From an uncultured Anaerolineales bacterium (GTDB lineage: Bacteria > Chloroflexota > Anaerolineae > B4-G1), in contig CAZMOT010000004.1 of the NCBI GenBank assembly GCA_964568065.1, forward strand, positions 1 to 54,895: DNA of 54,895 nt, given 5' to 3'. Below, piece by piece: positions 34,330 to 44,311 of this stretch. Position 1 is the first letter of the stretch, and every line of letters starts with the position of its first letter. The position numbers and the translations under genes are program-made. Below the pieces are notes generated by a model, which was not told the DNA's origin, searched no databases, and saw nothing but the letters and a program-made list of their open reading frames with translations.

Positions 34330-36405
34330 TCACTCCATCACCTGCACCTGACCCACCCACGCCCGATCCGCCGCGCTCTCCGCGCCCGGCGTGATGGGCA
34401 GCCGCAGCAGCGTCTCAGGGTTGTAGAGACCCAGTTGGACGTGGTAGTCGCCGGGCGGCGTCTCGGGCTGGACCGGCAACACGTGCACCTGCGCGAAGCG
34501 ATCACCGGGCTGGAGGCCGGCAGTCCGTACGTCCAGCCAGTCCTGCTGGCCCCAGATGTCCTGCCCATCAGAGGTGAGGTGCACGAAAGCGACGATGGGC
34601 GTGGGGTCGGCAGCCAGCACCTCCCAGTAGGTGATCAGCCGCAGTTCACCGCCAGGCGCTACGGTGTCCTCCTCCAGTTCAGCCTCCAGCAGCGCGAAGC
34701 GGTCGCCGAAGACGAGGGGCAGCGTCGGCGACGGCAGGTGCGCCAGTTCCGGGGGCCAGGCGACGTGCGTGCCCGCCAGCGCTTCCAGCCGCTCCTCCAA
34801 CGCCGCCGGGTGAGCGACGCGGAAGGCGGTAAAGTCGTCACCAACTGCAGGCAGTAGCAGGGCATCGGCGAAGAAGAGGTCCTCCAGCGCTGGGTCAAAG
34901 GTCTGCGGCCCCAGCGGATCGGTGGGGAAATAGAAAGTGACGGGATCCGCGCCCGCCGGCCAGACCCAACCCCCGCCGGGGTTAAACCAGCGCACGCTCA
35001 AGTCCTCCCGCCGCAGCGCCAGGTCGAAGGCGACACCGTTCCAGGGATGCCAGTAGTTGATGTAAGGAGCACCAATGGCCACGGGGCCAGGAGAGACGTG
35101 TGCGTCCAGTTCGTGAGCGACGGCGGTGATGCCGCCTTGATACAGCTCCCGCACCTCGGGCCCATTGGCCCAGATGACAAAATAGGCATAGCACGAAAGC
35201 ACTCCGTGAAAGGCCACCAGCCCTGCAGCCAGCAAGGGCCCTACCCACTCCCGTCGTTTCCGTGCTACACGCCACAGCGCCTCTATCCCCACCGCTACCA
35301 CGATATAGGCGGGCGACTGGGCCGCGATGGTGTGGGTCAGGCTGGCGGCCGGAGGCACGACGATTGCGGGGCTGATCCCTACCACCAACCATAACAGCGA
35401 CAGTGCAAAGCGAGCCTGCCGCCACCGCCTGACGCAGAGCAATATCCCCAGCACGAAGCAGGCCCCCGTCAGCAGGTCGAATATTGGGCGACCGTAAACG
35501 TTGTAGAGCCAATCCCTTTCGCCCTGCCAGACGAACATCCCCAGTGCCTGGATGGCAAGAGAGAATACGGGCAAGGGGTTCCCCTCTCTTAGGGCTGTCC
35601 AGGCAGCAGTCAAGTAGTCTATGCGCTGCTCCATACCGGGATTCTGGTACAGCAGCAAGAGCAGCGGCGCAGCGAGCAGCGCACCGACGATGCCGCAAAG
35701 CAGCAAGCCGAACCACACGCGCTTGAATCGGGACCAGTGAAACAATACCAGGTAGAGAGCGAAGGCAACCAGCAACAGCGGTGATATGCGACCCGCCACG
35801 TAGACGTAAACCGGGATACCCAGGCACAGCCCTCCCAGAAAGAAATCTACTATCGCCCACCGGCGTTGTTCCACCGACTGGTACACGTCGGCGTGATGCC
35901 GATCACGCCGACTGGGACACGTCGGCAGTCGCTCCAGCCCACGCCAGAGAAAGTAGACCATCAGGTTAAATAGCGGCGTGATGGCGATCACCCGGGAGCC
36001 TTCACGACTATAGAAGACAGACCAGAATGAAACCGCGAGCCCCGCCGTGGCTAGGATAGCGACGCGAGCGCCAAAGAGCCGCCGTGCCGCCAGCCAGGTC
36101 GTAAGCACGCCAAGCAGGCCGCACAGCGCGGCAGGCAAGCGCAGACTCCAGTCACATTCCTTCGTCAACGCTATGACGGCCGCCTGAGCGTAGTGGAAAA
36201 GCGGCTCGTGGCCCCACGACTCGGTGAAATAAAGGGGACGCTCACCTGCAAGCACGCGCCCGGCCATGCGATAGTTGAGTAGTTCATCGTAGCGCAGGCC
36301 AGGGGGCACATCAACCAGGGCAACCAAACGCAGGGTCGCCGCCATCAGCAGGATCGCGACCAGCGCCCAGAGTTCCCATCGCTGCAATTTGCTGGCACTA
36401 TCCAT
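34330..36405 (-). CDS. GT-C fold membrane glycosyltransferase (GT39/ArnT-like)
   Basis: LRL..L..VPPGLRYDE, GHEPLFHY, SLRLPAALCG, SFWSVFYSR; many TMs; extracellular C-terminal domain. Confidence 0.88.
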   Translation of the reverse strand: MDSASKLQRWELWALVAILLMAATLRLVALVDVPPGLRYDELLNYRMAGRVLAGERPLYFTESWGHEPLFHYAQAAVIALTKECDWSLRLPAALCGLLGVLTTWLAARRLFGARVAILATAGLAVSFWSVFYSREGSRVIAITPLFNLMVYFLWRGLERLPTCPSRRDRHHADVYQSVEQRRWAIVDFFLGGLCLGIPVYVYVAGRISPLLLVAFALYLVLFHWSRFKRVWFGLLLCGIVGALLAAPLLLLLYQNPGMEQRIDYLTAAWTALREGNPLPVFSLAIQALGMFVWQGERDWLYNVYGRPIFDLLTGACFVLGILLCVRRWRQARFALSLLWLVVGISPAIVVPPAASLTHTIAAQSPAYIVVAVGIEALWRVARKRREWVGPLLAAGLVAFHGVLSCYAYFVIWANGPEVRELYQGGITAVAHELDAHVSPGPVAIGAPYINYWHPWNGVAFDLALRREDLSVRWFNPGGGWVWPAGADPVTFYFPTDPLGPQTFDPALEDLFFADALLLPAVGDDFTAFRVAHPAALEERLEALAGTHVAWPPELAHLPSPTLPLVFGDRFALLEAELEEDTVAPGGELRLITYWEVLAADPTPIVAFVHLTSDGQDIWGQQDWLDVRTAGLQPGDRFAQVHVLPVQPETPPGDYHVQLGLYNPETLLRLPITPGAESAADRAWVGQVQVME
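35874..35925. repeat. Two copies of the 18-bp palindrome CCGACTGGTACACGTCGG inside the glycosyltransferase gene
   Basis: Units 35874-35891 and 35908-35925 (one mismatch) around a 16-nt self-complementary spacer; frame preserved. Confidence 0.85.
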
Positions 36406-36874
36406 CGTCGCTTATCCTATTGAAGGGGGCCACCTTCTGTGCCACCATGGCCTGCAGTTCGGCCAGGGCCTGCTGCGCAGTCTCGCGCTCTGGGGGGGAC
36501 AGCGGCAACGCGGCGAACTCATCTTCGTCGAGTACCAGCATCTCCCCGTCGGGTGCGACCCACAGGTCTAGCGCCAGGTCTTCGGCGGTTACCTCGTCGG
36601 CGGTGATGCGGGCCGGGCGGGTGACGTTGCAGTACCAGCCCTTCAAGCACCCACTGCCGGCGCGAATCTCAAAGATGTTGTACCACCGGTCGGCGTAGAA
36701 GTACTCGGTCCAGCGGTCACCGGGCTCAAGGACGACGTAGCCCACGTCCAGCGGAGCCCGGTCCCAGCCAGTACGCAGCACGATGGAATTGCCTTCGCGC
36801 CGGAGTACCCGGGCCGGGTAGGCGGTGACCTGGCGGCCAGCGTGATCGAGTTTGCGAGTCGTGATCGGGGCCAT
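36398..36874 (-). CDS. DUF402-domain protein
   Basis: EYFYADRWYNIFEI, LKGWYCNVTRP, EDLALDLWV.PDG...VLDEDEF. Confidence 0.9.
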   Translation of the reverse strand: MAPITTRKLDHAGRQVTAYPARVLRREGNSIVLRTGWDRAPLDVGYVVLEPGDRWTEYFYADRWYNIFEIRAGSGCLKGWYCNVTRPARITADEVTAEDLALDLWVAPDGEMLVLDEDEFAALPLSPPERETAQQALAELQAMVAQKVAPFNRISDDG

Positions 36875-36945
36875 TGGCCTGCATTCTACCGGAATTCGAG
36901 CGCCGGCGCAAGGCCAGGTCGCGCCGGGATTCTCTGTGTAACCGA

Positions 36946-37021
36946 CCGACTGATACACGTCGGCCCGACTGATACACGTCGGCCCGACTGGTACACGTCG
37001 GCCCGACTGGTACACGTCGGC
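36946..37021. repeat. Four tandem 19-bp palindromic units CCGACTGRTACACGTCGGC
   Basis: Units start at 36946, 36965, 36984 and 37003; no spacers. Confidence 0.93.
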
Positions 37022-37055
37022 AAGGCACTGGCGCGTGCGAATGCTCCACAGTGCC

Positions 37056-38048
37056 TCAGCGTGCATAGAAGTCAACGATTTGAGTGGCAAAATCTATGAC
37101 GCTCTTGCGCAACGCTTCCGGCTCCAGGACTTGGACCGCTCTCCCGAAACCGAGGATGCGTTCACGCGCGGCCTCCAGCCTCTCGAAGGGGAGCGTCAGG
37201 GTGATCCACCCCTCGGCATCGGGCGGCCCGGCCTGGGCGATCGTGTCGCGGATGCGATCCCCAAAATACAGCGGCAGGAGGGGGATGAGGTCCGGTGCAA
37301 CGCGCGCGGTAACGGGGTAGGATGGGCGGCTCTCCTCACGGCCGGCGCACCATGCTTTCCAGAATGCGGCTAAGTCAAAGTCCGCGGGGCGCTCGAAGTG
37401 TTCGTCTGAGATGCGCGCATCTAACAGGTGGGAAACGCGATAGACGTGGATGTGGCCGACGTGTACCAGTCGGTCGTCTCTTGCACACACCAGGTGCCAC
37501 ACACCGGCTTTGGCGACCAGCCCGTAGGGGTCAACCACGGCCTGCCGCTCGATCCGCGCCCAGAACTGCAGGCGGTACGTCAGGTAAAGTTTGCGATTCT
37601 CCCACACCGCTGGTTGTATCGTCTGTAGGTGCGGCACCGGCTCCTCTGGCTGGAACCACCCGGCCCAATCCAGGTGGATACGTTGGCGTACCATCTCCTC
37701 ATCGTGGCGACGGGCGGCGGGCAGCGCGGCGGCGAGCTTGAGCAGGGCGGCCTTTAGCTCCTGGCTCACGCCCAATTTGTCCAGGGAGGCAGGTACGCTG
37801 AGCATAAAGAGAGCGCGCACCTCATCTCTGGTCAACCCCGTGAGGTTTGTGCGGTAGCTTTCGATCAGCGCGTAGCCTCCGCCCGGCCCGCGTTCGGCAT
37901 AGATGGGCACACCGGCGGTGCTGAGCGCGCCTATGTCCCGGTATATGGTCCGCACCGAAACCTCCAATTCCTGCGCCAGCTTTTGCGCCGTCATCCGTCC
38001 GCGGGCCTGTAAGAGCATCAGGAGTGATAGCAGTCGGTCCGCACGCAT
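37056..38048 (-). CDS. YafY/PafC-like HTH-WYL-WCX transcriptional regulator
   Basis: MRADRLLSLL, LAQELEVSVRTIYRDI, GPGGGY, PYGLV...WHLV, YRVS, VLEPEALR. Confidence 0.94.
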   Translation of the reverse strand: MRADRLLSLLMLLQARGRMTAQKLAQELEVSVRTIYRDIGALSTAGVPIYAERGPGGGYALIESYRTNLTGLTRDEVRALFMLSVPASLDKLGVSQELKAALLKLAAALPAARRHDEEMVRQRIHLDWAGWFQPEEPVPHLQTIQPAVWENRKLYLTYRLQFWARIERQAVVDPYGLVAKAGVWHLVCARDDRLVHVGHIHVYRVSHLLDARISDEHFERPADFDLAAFWKAWCAGREESRPSYPVTARVAPDLIPLLPLYFGDRIRDTIAQAGPPDAEGWITLTLPFERLEAARERILGFGRAVQVLEPEALRKSVIDFATQIVDFYAR

Positions 38049-38094
38049 CGTTACCCCCTTCGAATCAGGAATCTTTCCTATTTTACCATGAATT

Positions 38095-38129
38095 CCTGAC
38101 AATAGGTGTCAGGTAGGGTGTGGTAGAAT
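38095..38129 (+). promoter_or_regulatory. Palindromic operator CCTGACA-N5-TGTCAGG upstream of an extended -10
   Basis: Perfect 7-bp arms at 38095-38113; TGgTAGAAT at 38121-38129; between the divergent WYL and GyrI genes. Confidence 0.7.
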
Positions 38130-38279
38130 AACAATGCCCGCCAGAGAACGCGTTCCAGGGATACTGTTGCGTAGTCGAGGAGGTTCTGTGAAGGATTAAA
38201 GCAGTGAGGAGCGTTGTTACTCGATATGTGTTGAAACAGAATGCAAGATCACTATATTCAAAACTAGGGAGGAAATGCA

Positions 38280-38744
38280 ATGAGTGAACTGGAAGTACGG
38301 ATTGTGAAGCTCGAACCGATGCGTGTGGCTAGCGCGCATGCGTTCAGTGCGAGCCCAGAGCAGGAGGCCTGGGCAAAACTCTTAGCTTGGGCAAAGCCGA
38401 AGGGCTTGCTTGACGATCGCGAACGGCACCGCATATTCGGGTTCAACAACCCCGATCCATCGCCGGGCAGTCCGAACTATGGCTATGAGTTCTGGATCAT
38501 CGTCGGCCCCGATGTGGAACCGGAGGGCGAGGTGGGGGTCAAGGAATTCCCCGGTGGTCTGTACGCGGTCACGAGATGCAAAGGGGTTAGCAACATCACC
38601 GCGACATGGAAACAACTGGTCGCGTGGGGCGAAGACAGCAAGTACAGACGTGCCAGCCATCAATGGCTCGAGGAACACATCGGTCCGGTGGACATACCAC
38701 AGGATGCGCTACTCCTGGACCTCTATATGCCGATCGCAGAATAG
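38280..38744 (+). CDS. GyrI-like small-molecule-binding protein
   Basis: VRIVKLEPMRVAS, FGFNNP.P...YGYEFW, F.GGLYAV, WLEEH, LDLYMPI. Confidence 0.9.
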   Translation: MSELEVRIVKLEPMRVASAHAFSASPEQEAWAKLLAWAKPKGLLDDRERHRIFGFNNPDPSPGSPNYGYEFWIIVGPDVEPEGEVGVKEFPGGLYAVTRCKGVSNITATWKQLVAWGEDSKYRRASHQWLEEHIGPVDIPQDALLLDLYMPIAE

Positions 38745-38846
38745 CGCCGCTTGCAGAGCGCCACAGACATCGCCCCCGAGCTAATGCTCGGGGGCGAGCC
38801 TTATGTTACACTCACAGAGAAAAGCTCCCTAATTGACGCCGTAGCA

Positions 38847-40571
38847 TCAAAAGTTTTCGGCCAGGATGATGTCTCTGGCTTGCAGCGGGGCCGGATTGAT
38901 CGCCCGGAGCACGTCCACCCTGCTGTGAATTTTGGGCATGGTCTCGGCGATGTAGACGCGAGCCAGATCCCGCTTCCTGTCCGATAGGCGCGCATCCTGC
39001 AGCGTCAGCCAGCAGTTGACGACGTACACGGCCACGTCGGCCAGGTCGGCCGCGTAGTAGTCAATCAGCGCGCGATCTTCCTCCTCCTTGAGGTGGTCAA
39101 TGCAGCGGTTGAACAACGCGGTGGCCTCTTCCACCTGTCCCTTGAGCGCGTCCAGTTCCGCGCCGTAGTCCAAGGCCGCCCATTCGTTCAGCAAACTGTC
39201 CAGCGCATGGCCCAGCAACCCGCCGATGGCGGCCACGATCTGAAGCTGGCTGGTGCCCTCGTAGATGTTGGTCACGCGGACGTCGCGATAGTGGCGCTCC
39301 ACGTTGAACTCGCGCATGTATCCGGTGCCACCGTGAATTTGCAGGCCAAGGTAGCAGACCCGGTTGGCCATTTCGGTGGCATAATATTTCGTCAGGGGGG
39401 TCAGCACGGCCGTCAGCCGGTCGGCCTGCTTGAGTCGTCGGCGACTATCGGGGCTGAGATTCCCCTGCGCTTTACACCGCTCATACGCCTTTTTCAAGTC
39501 CACCCAGCGCCCGGTCTCGTAGACCAGCGCCCGCGTCGCTTCGATCTCCCCGCGCATCGAAAGCAGCATGCGGTACACCGCCGGGATACCGTTGATCGGC
39601 TGGCCAAATTGGACGCGCTTCTGGGCGTACTGGTACGCCTCACGGTAGGCGGCCTCGGCGATGCCCAGCGCCTGAGCCGCCACCGCGATCCTCGCTCCGT
39701 TCATCATGGCCATGGCGTAGCGGATCAGCCCGAAGCGGCGCTTGCCTACCAGGCGGGCAGGCGTGTTGCAGAACTGTATCTCGCAGGTGGGCGAGGCATG
39801 GAGGCCCATTTTGTTCTCGATGCGGCGGACGCGCACTGTCTCGTCCGCCTCCACCTCGAACATGGAGAGGCCGCGAGCATCATGGGATTCCTCCTCGGAG
39901 CGGGCCAGCACCAGCAAGACATCCGCGCAGCCATTGGTGATGAAGCGCTTGACGCCGTTCAGCCGCCATTCTCCTGCTTCCTCGTCGTAGGTGGCACGGG
40001 TCTGCACGACACCCAGGTCGGAGCCGGCGTCCGGCTCGGTGAGCACCATCGCTCCGGTCACCTCACCGCGGGCGAAGCGGGGCAGGACGCGCGCTTTCAT
40101 CTCCTCGTCGCCATACTCGGCGATCGCGGCGGAGATCTCCTGCAGGCCAAAAATGGTCATCAGCCCGGCATCGGCGCGGGAGACAATTTCGACCATCATC
40201 TGGAAAATCGTTTCCGGCAGGTTCAGCCCGCCATATTCCCAGGGCAGCATCGCGCCCATCAGTTCGGCCTGGCGCAAAAGTTCCAGCGCTTCCTGTGTCG
40301 CAGCGGCGTAGGTGACCTGGCCATCCTGGTACTGTACGCCTTCCTCGTCCGCCTCGGCCGCTCGCGGGGCCACGTAGTTGGCGCAGATTTTGCCCAACAC
40401 GTTCAACAGCAGCCGGTAGTTGTCTTTGGCATCCGCATAGTTGCGCGGCGCGGCCGGGTATTGATCGTGGTAGCGGTAGCCATCCTCCATGATCTCAATG
40501 ATCTCGCTCAGATCCAGTTTGCCCAGGTGGTATTGCAAATCAAGATTATCGGTGAAGAAATTGTCTGCCAT
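38847..40571 (-). CDS. Acyl-CoA dehydrogenase (long form)
   Basis: LTEPDAGSDL, LNGVKRFITNG, ENKMGLHASPT, LQIHGGTGY, IYEGTSQLQ. Confidence 0.96.
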   Translation of the reverse strand: MADNFFTDNLDLQYHLGKLDLSEIIEIMEDGYRYHDQYPAAPRNYADAKDNYRLLLNVLGKICANYVAPRAAEADEEGVQYQDGQVTYAAATQEALELLRQAELMGAMLPWEYGGLNLPETIFQMMVEIVSRADAGLMTIFGLQEISAAIAEYGDEEMKARVLPRFARGEVTGAMVLTEPDAGSDLGVVQTRATYDEEAGEWRLNGVKRFITNGCADVLLVLARSEEESHDARGLSMFEVEADETVRVRRIENKMGLHASPTCEIQFCNTPARLVGKRRFGLIRYAMAMMNGARIAVAAQALGIAEAAYREAYQYAQKRVQFGQPINGIPAVYRMLLSMRGEIEATRALVYETGRWVDLKKAYERCKAQGNLSPDSRRRLKQADRLTAVLTPLTKYYATEMANRVCYLGLQIHGGTGYMREFNVERHYRDVRVTNIYEGTSQLQIVAAIGGLLGHALDSLLNEWAALDYGAELDALKGQVEEATALFNRCIDHLKEEEDRALIDYYAADLADVAVYVVNCWLTLQDARLSDRKRDLARVYIAETMPKIHSRVDVLRAINPAPLQARDIILAENF

Positions 40572-40582
40572 GCTAGTTCTCC

Positions 40583-41599
40583 CTACTTGGCGTGCTCACG
40601 ATAAGTGCGGATCATCCAGGGGATGACTTTGTTCAAGTCGCCCACGATCTTGTAGTGAGCGATCTGGAAGATGGGGGCATTGGGGTCGGTGTTGATGGCG
40701 ATGATTTTGCTGGATTGATCCATCCCGGCGCGGTGTTGCACTGCGCCCGAAATGCCGCAGGCGATGTACAGCCGGGGGTGCACGGTGACGCCCGTCTGCC
40801 CCACCTGATGCTCCTGCGAGATGAAACCGGCGTCAACGGCGGCGCGAGAGGCGGCCACTTCGCCGCCGAGCACCCGGGCCAGTTCGCGGACGAGTTGGAA
40901 ATTTTCTTGGCTGTCCACTCCCGCGCCGCCAGCGACGATGACGGAAGCACCCTTCAAATCGCAGCAGGGTGTACGCATCTCCCGCCCCAATACTTGCAGC
41001 GCCAGATCGCGCTCGTCAAACTGCGACTCGATCTGCTCAACATCGCCCCGGCGTGTGCTGTCCGGCTCGCCCAACCGCATCACGCCTTCGCGCACGGTGG
41101 CCATCTGCGGGTGCATCTCCGGGTTGACGATGGTGGCGATGACGTTGCCGCCAAAGGCGGGCCGGATCTGGTACAGCAAATCATCGTATACCTTGCCTTT
41201 GCGCTCGAAATCGCCTATCTGGAGCGCGGTGCAGTCGGCGGTCAGACCAGCCCAGACGGCGCTGGCGATGCGCGGGGCCAGGTCGCGCCCAATCGGCGTG
41301 GCCCCCAGGAGGAAAATGTAGGGCTCTCGCTCCCGCACCAGGTCAATGGCGACCCTGGCGTAGGGCAGCGTGCGGTACAGCGCCAGCTCGGGATGGTCGG
41401 CCAGCAACACCAGGTCCGCGCCGTGGTGGATGACCCGCTCGGCCAGGTCGGGGATGCCGTGACCGAACAGCAGGGCGCACACGCGGCCGTCCAATTCTTC
41501 GGCCAACTCCCGCGCCTTTGACAGTAACTCCAGGCTAGCGGCGGCGATACACCCTTCCTCCTGTTCGACGAAAACCCAGACCACTCTAAGCCTATTCAT
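40583..41599 (-). CDS. etfA: Electron transfer flavoprotein alpha subunit
   Basis: GLTADC, RPAFGGN, QVGQTG.TV.P.LYIACGISGAVQH. Confidence 0.96.
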   Translation of the reverse strand: MNRLRVVWVFVEQEEGCIAAASLELLSKARELAEELDGRVCALLFGHGIPDLAERVIHHGADLVLLADHPELALYRTLPYARVAIDLVREREPYIFLLGATPIGRDLAPRIASAVWAGLTADCTALQIGDFERKGKVYDDLLYQIRPAFGGNVIATIVNPEMHPQMATVREGVMRLGEPDSTRRGDVEQIESQFDERDLALQVLGREMRTPCCDLKGASVIVAGGAGVDSQENFQLVRELARVLGGEVAASRAAVDAGFISQEHQVGQTGVTVHPRLYIACGISGAVQHRAGMDQSSKIIAINTDPNAPIFQIAHYKIVGDLNKVIPWMIRTYREHAK

Positions 41600-41677
41600 T
41601 TAACTCCCCTCATATCCATCTCGGATTTCGGATCGCTGCTCGCTGCGCCATTGCTCGCAATCTGCAATCCGCAATCA

Positions 41678-42568
41678 TTACAAGATATAGTCCTGAACCA
41701 ACTCTTGCATCAGCGCCGAGACACCCTCCGGGCTGGCCTCGATTTCTCTGCTCTCGCTCGATTCGAGCACGACGTAATCAACCTTGAGCACTTTGGTCGG
41801 TGAACCGTTCAGACCCACTTTCCCCTCGTCAGCGCCGACGTCGGCACCGTTCCAGACTTTAATCCTCTGATCGCGCTCAGCCAGATAACGATCCAGCGCC
41901 TCTTCCGTCTCAAACTCAGGCCACCTTTCCAGCAGCGCCGAATATTCGAGCGGGGTGGCGGCCAATTTGCAGGCGATCATCCTGCGGGCCGAGGGAGGAC
42001 GGGGCCGGTTGGCCGAACCGACCACGGTGAGCAGGCAGGGCAGGCTACATTTCACCGTCTCTGTGCCCAGGGGAAAGGCCCTTTGGACGACAATCTCATT
42101 CTCCTGCAGCGATTGGATGGATTCCGCGTAGGTGATCTGGGGGAGGCCCAGCTTCTCGGCCACCTGCGGGCCGACCTGGGCGGTGTCGCCGTCTATGGCC
42201 TGCCGCCCGCAGAAGATGAGGTCGCAAGCGCCTATGCGCTCGACGGCGCACTTGAGGACATAGGAGGTGGCCAAGGTGTCCGATCCCGCAGTCTTCCTGT
42301 CGGTGAACAATATCACCCGGTCGGCACCGCGATACAGCGCCTCGCGCAACACCTCGGCCGCCCGCGGCGGCCCCATTGTCAGCACCGTCACCTGGCCACC
42401 ATGTTGCTCTCTGACCTGCAAGGCCATCTCCAGCGCGTTCAGGTCTTCCGGGTTAAAGATGGCAGGCAGCGCGGCACGGTTCACGGTGCCGTCGTCCTTC
42501 ATCGCTTTGCCGCTGATGTTAGCAGTGTCGGGCACTTGCTTGACCAACACCACGCAGTTGTATGCCAT
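41678..42568 (-). CDS. etfB: Electron transfer flavoprotein beta subunit
   Basis: VLVKQVPDT, NPEDLNALE, GSDTLATS, GRQAIDGDTAQVGP; GGAGG RBS before ATG 42568. Confidence 0.96.
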   Translation of the reverse strand: MAYNCVVLVKQVPDTANISGKAMKDDGTVNRAALPAIFNPEDLNALEMALQVREQHGGQVTVLTMGPPRAAEVLREALYRGADRVILFTDRKTAGSDTLATSYVLKCAVERIGACDLIFCGRQAIDGDTAQVGPQVAEKLGLPQITYAESIQSLQENEIVVQRAFPLGTETVKCSLPCLLTVVGSANRPRPPSARRMIACKLAATPLEYSALLERWPEFETEEALDRYLAERDQRIKVWNGADVGADEGKVGLNGSPTKVLKVDYVVLESSESREIEASPEGVSALMQELVQDYIL

Positions 42569-42736
42569 ATATACCTCCTGCTCCCGTTTTTCTTGATTCC
42601 GGTGCAGCGTTGGCTCATGAGCAGGCCTGATTAAGCGTGCTTTGCGGGTACCGCTATTATAGAAACCCTCGACGATGTGACAAGTTACGGCATCTTGGGG
42701 TATAATAGGTGAAGAATGGAACGTGAGGGGGTGACG

Positions 42737-43543
42737 ATGGGCAGAGGTCAACTTGAAGGCCGGTGGGCTCTGATCCTGGGCGCATCGAGCGGGTTCGGCG
42801 CAGCCACGGCACGGGCGCTGGCTGGCGCTGGAATGAATATCTTTGGCGTGCACCTCGACACGAGGGCGACGCTTCCCCGTGCCCAGCAGGTCGTGGCCGA
42901 CATCGAGACGCTGGGGCGCAAGGCGGTCTTCTTCAACACCAACGCCGCCGATGGTCGCAAGCGGGCGCGCGTGCTCGACCAGATTGGGGAGACGCTGGCG
43001 GATGAACCGGCCGACAGTATCCACTTCACGCTGCACTCACTGGCCTTCGGCACGCTGCTGCCCTTCATCGCCGACGGGCCTGAGCAAGCGGTCAGCGAGG
43101 CGCAGATGGACATGACGCTGCGGGTGATGGCCCATAGCCTGGTCTACTGGGTGCAGGACCTGGTGCGACGGGATCTCCTGGTACGTGGCAGTCGGGTCTA
43201 CGCGCTATCCAGTGTTGGCTCAATCCGGGTACTCCCGGTGTACGGCGCAGTTTCGGCGGCCAAGGCTGCACTGGAGAGCCACGCGCGGCAACTGGCGGTC
43301 GAGTTGGCACCCCGAGGCATCGCCGTCAACTGCCTGCGGCCCGGTGTGGCCGAGACGCCCGCCGTGCGCCCTGTCCCCGGCTACGAGACCTACCTTGTCG
43401 AGGCGCTCGAGCGCAACCCTGCCGGTCGCCTGACGACGACTAAGGATGTGGCGAACGTGCTGGTGGCCCTGGCCGACCCGGATGTCACCTGGCTCACCGG
43501 AGCGATCATCCCGGTGGATGGAGGGGAGAGCATCGTGGGGTGA
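42737..43543 (+). CDS. SDR oxidoreductase, enoyl-ACP reductase (FabL/FabI-like)
   Basis: LILGASSGFG, HSLAFG, Y.AVSAAKAALES, NPAGRLT, IPVDGG. Confidence 0.88.
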   Translation: MGRGQLEGRWALILGASSGFGAATARALAGAGMNIFGVHLDTRATLPRAQQVVADIETLGRKAVFFNTNAADGRKRARVLDQIGETLADEPADSIHFTLHSLAFGTLLPFIADGPEQAVSEAQMDMTLRVMAHSLVYWVQDLVRRDLLVRGSRVYALSSVGSIRVLPVYGAVSAAKAALESHARQLAVELAPRGIAVNCLRPGVAETPAVRPVPGYETYLVEALERNPAGRLTTTKDVANVLVALADPDVTWLTGAIIPVDGGESIVG

Positions 43544-43645
43544 TGGCAAGCGGGTTGTTGACAATCCATCTTTCAATGTGCTACAATGGGCAGCAGTGAC
43601 TGAACAGACCAACACCTGGGACACCTGGCAAAGTGAGGAGGCGTG

Positions 43646-44311
43646 ATGGGATTGACGGTCGGCGAAACGCTGCAGGAGCGCTACCGCATTGACGGTCTGC
43701 TGGGACAGGGAGGAATGGGGGCCGTCTACCGCGCCTGGGACGACCGGCTCAACGTCCCCGTGGCGCTCAAGGAGATGACGCCGCAGCCAGGGCTCGACTC
43801 TCACACGCTGACCCAACTGCGCCAGCAGTTCCAACAGGAGGCGAACGTCCTGGCCCGCCTGGACCACCCGCACCTGGTGCGCGTGATTGACTTCTTCGCA
43901 GGCGAGAGCAACGCCTACCTGGTGATGGACTTTATTGAGGGCGAGAGCCTGGTGGACCGCATCGAGCAGGAAGGGGCGCTGCTCGAAGACCAGGTGCTGG
44001 CCTGGGCCGACCAGTTGCTGGATGCGCTGGAATACTGCCACGGTCAGGGAGCGATCCACCGCGACGTGAAACCGCATAACGTGATCATCCGCCCCGACGG
44101 GCGAGCGGTGCTGGTGGACTTTGGGCTGGTGAAGCTGTGGGACCCCAGCGACCCGCGCACCAGGACGGCGATGCGGGGGATGGGCACGCCGGAATACGCG
44201 CCGCCGGAGCAGTACGACCTCGCTGCCGGGCACACCGATCCCCGCAGCGACGTCTACAGCGTGGGAGCGACGCTGTACCACGCGCTGACAGGCCAGGCTC
44301 CACCCATCGCT
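43646..44311 (+). pseudogene. Ser/Thr protein kinase truncated after subdomain IX
   Basis: LGQGGMGAVY, VALKE, HRDVKP.N, DFG, GTPEYAPPEQ, SDVYSVG...LTGQAP; then reads into the antisense strand of the next gene to 44596. Confidence 0.8.

Noticed and set aside
36946-37021. Possible mini-CRISPR array
   Set aside because: The 19-bp units are directly adjacent with no spacers, and no cas genes are in the window
38383-38410. REP-like insertion in the GyrI gene
   Set aside because: Encodes WAKPKGLL, which fits the normal family sequence; resemblance judged coincidental
39093-40604. Long antisense ORFs (also 5495-7096, 45408-46646, 52703-54322)
   Set aside because: Opposite well-supported genes; expected from high-GC codon bias
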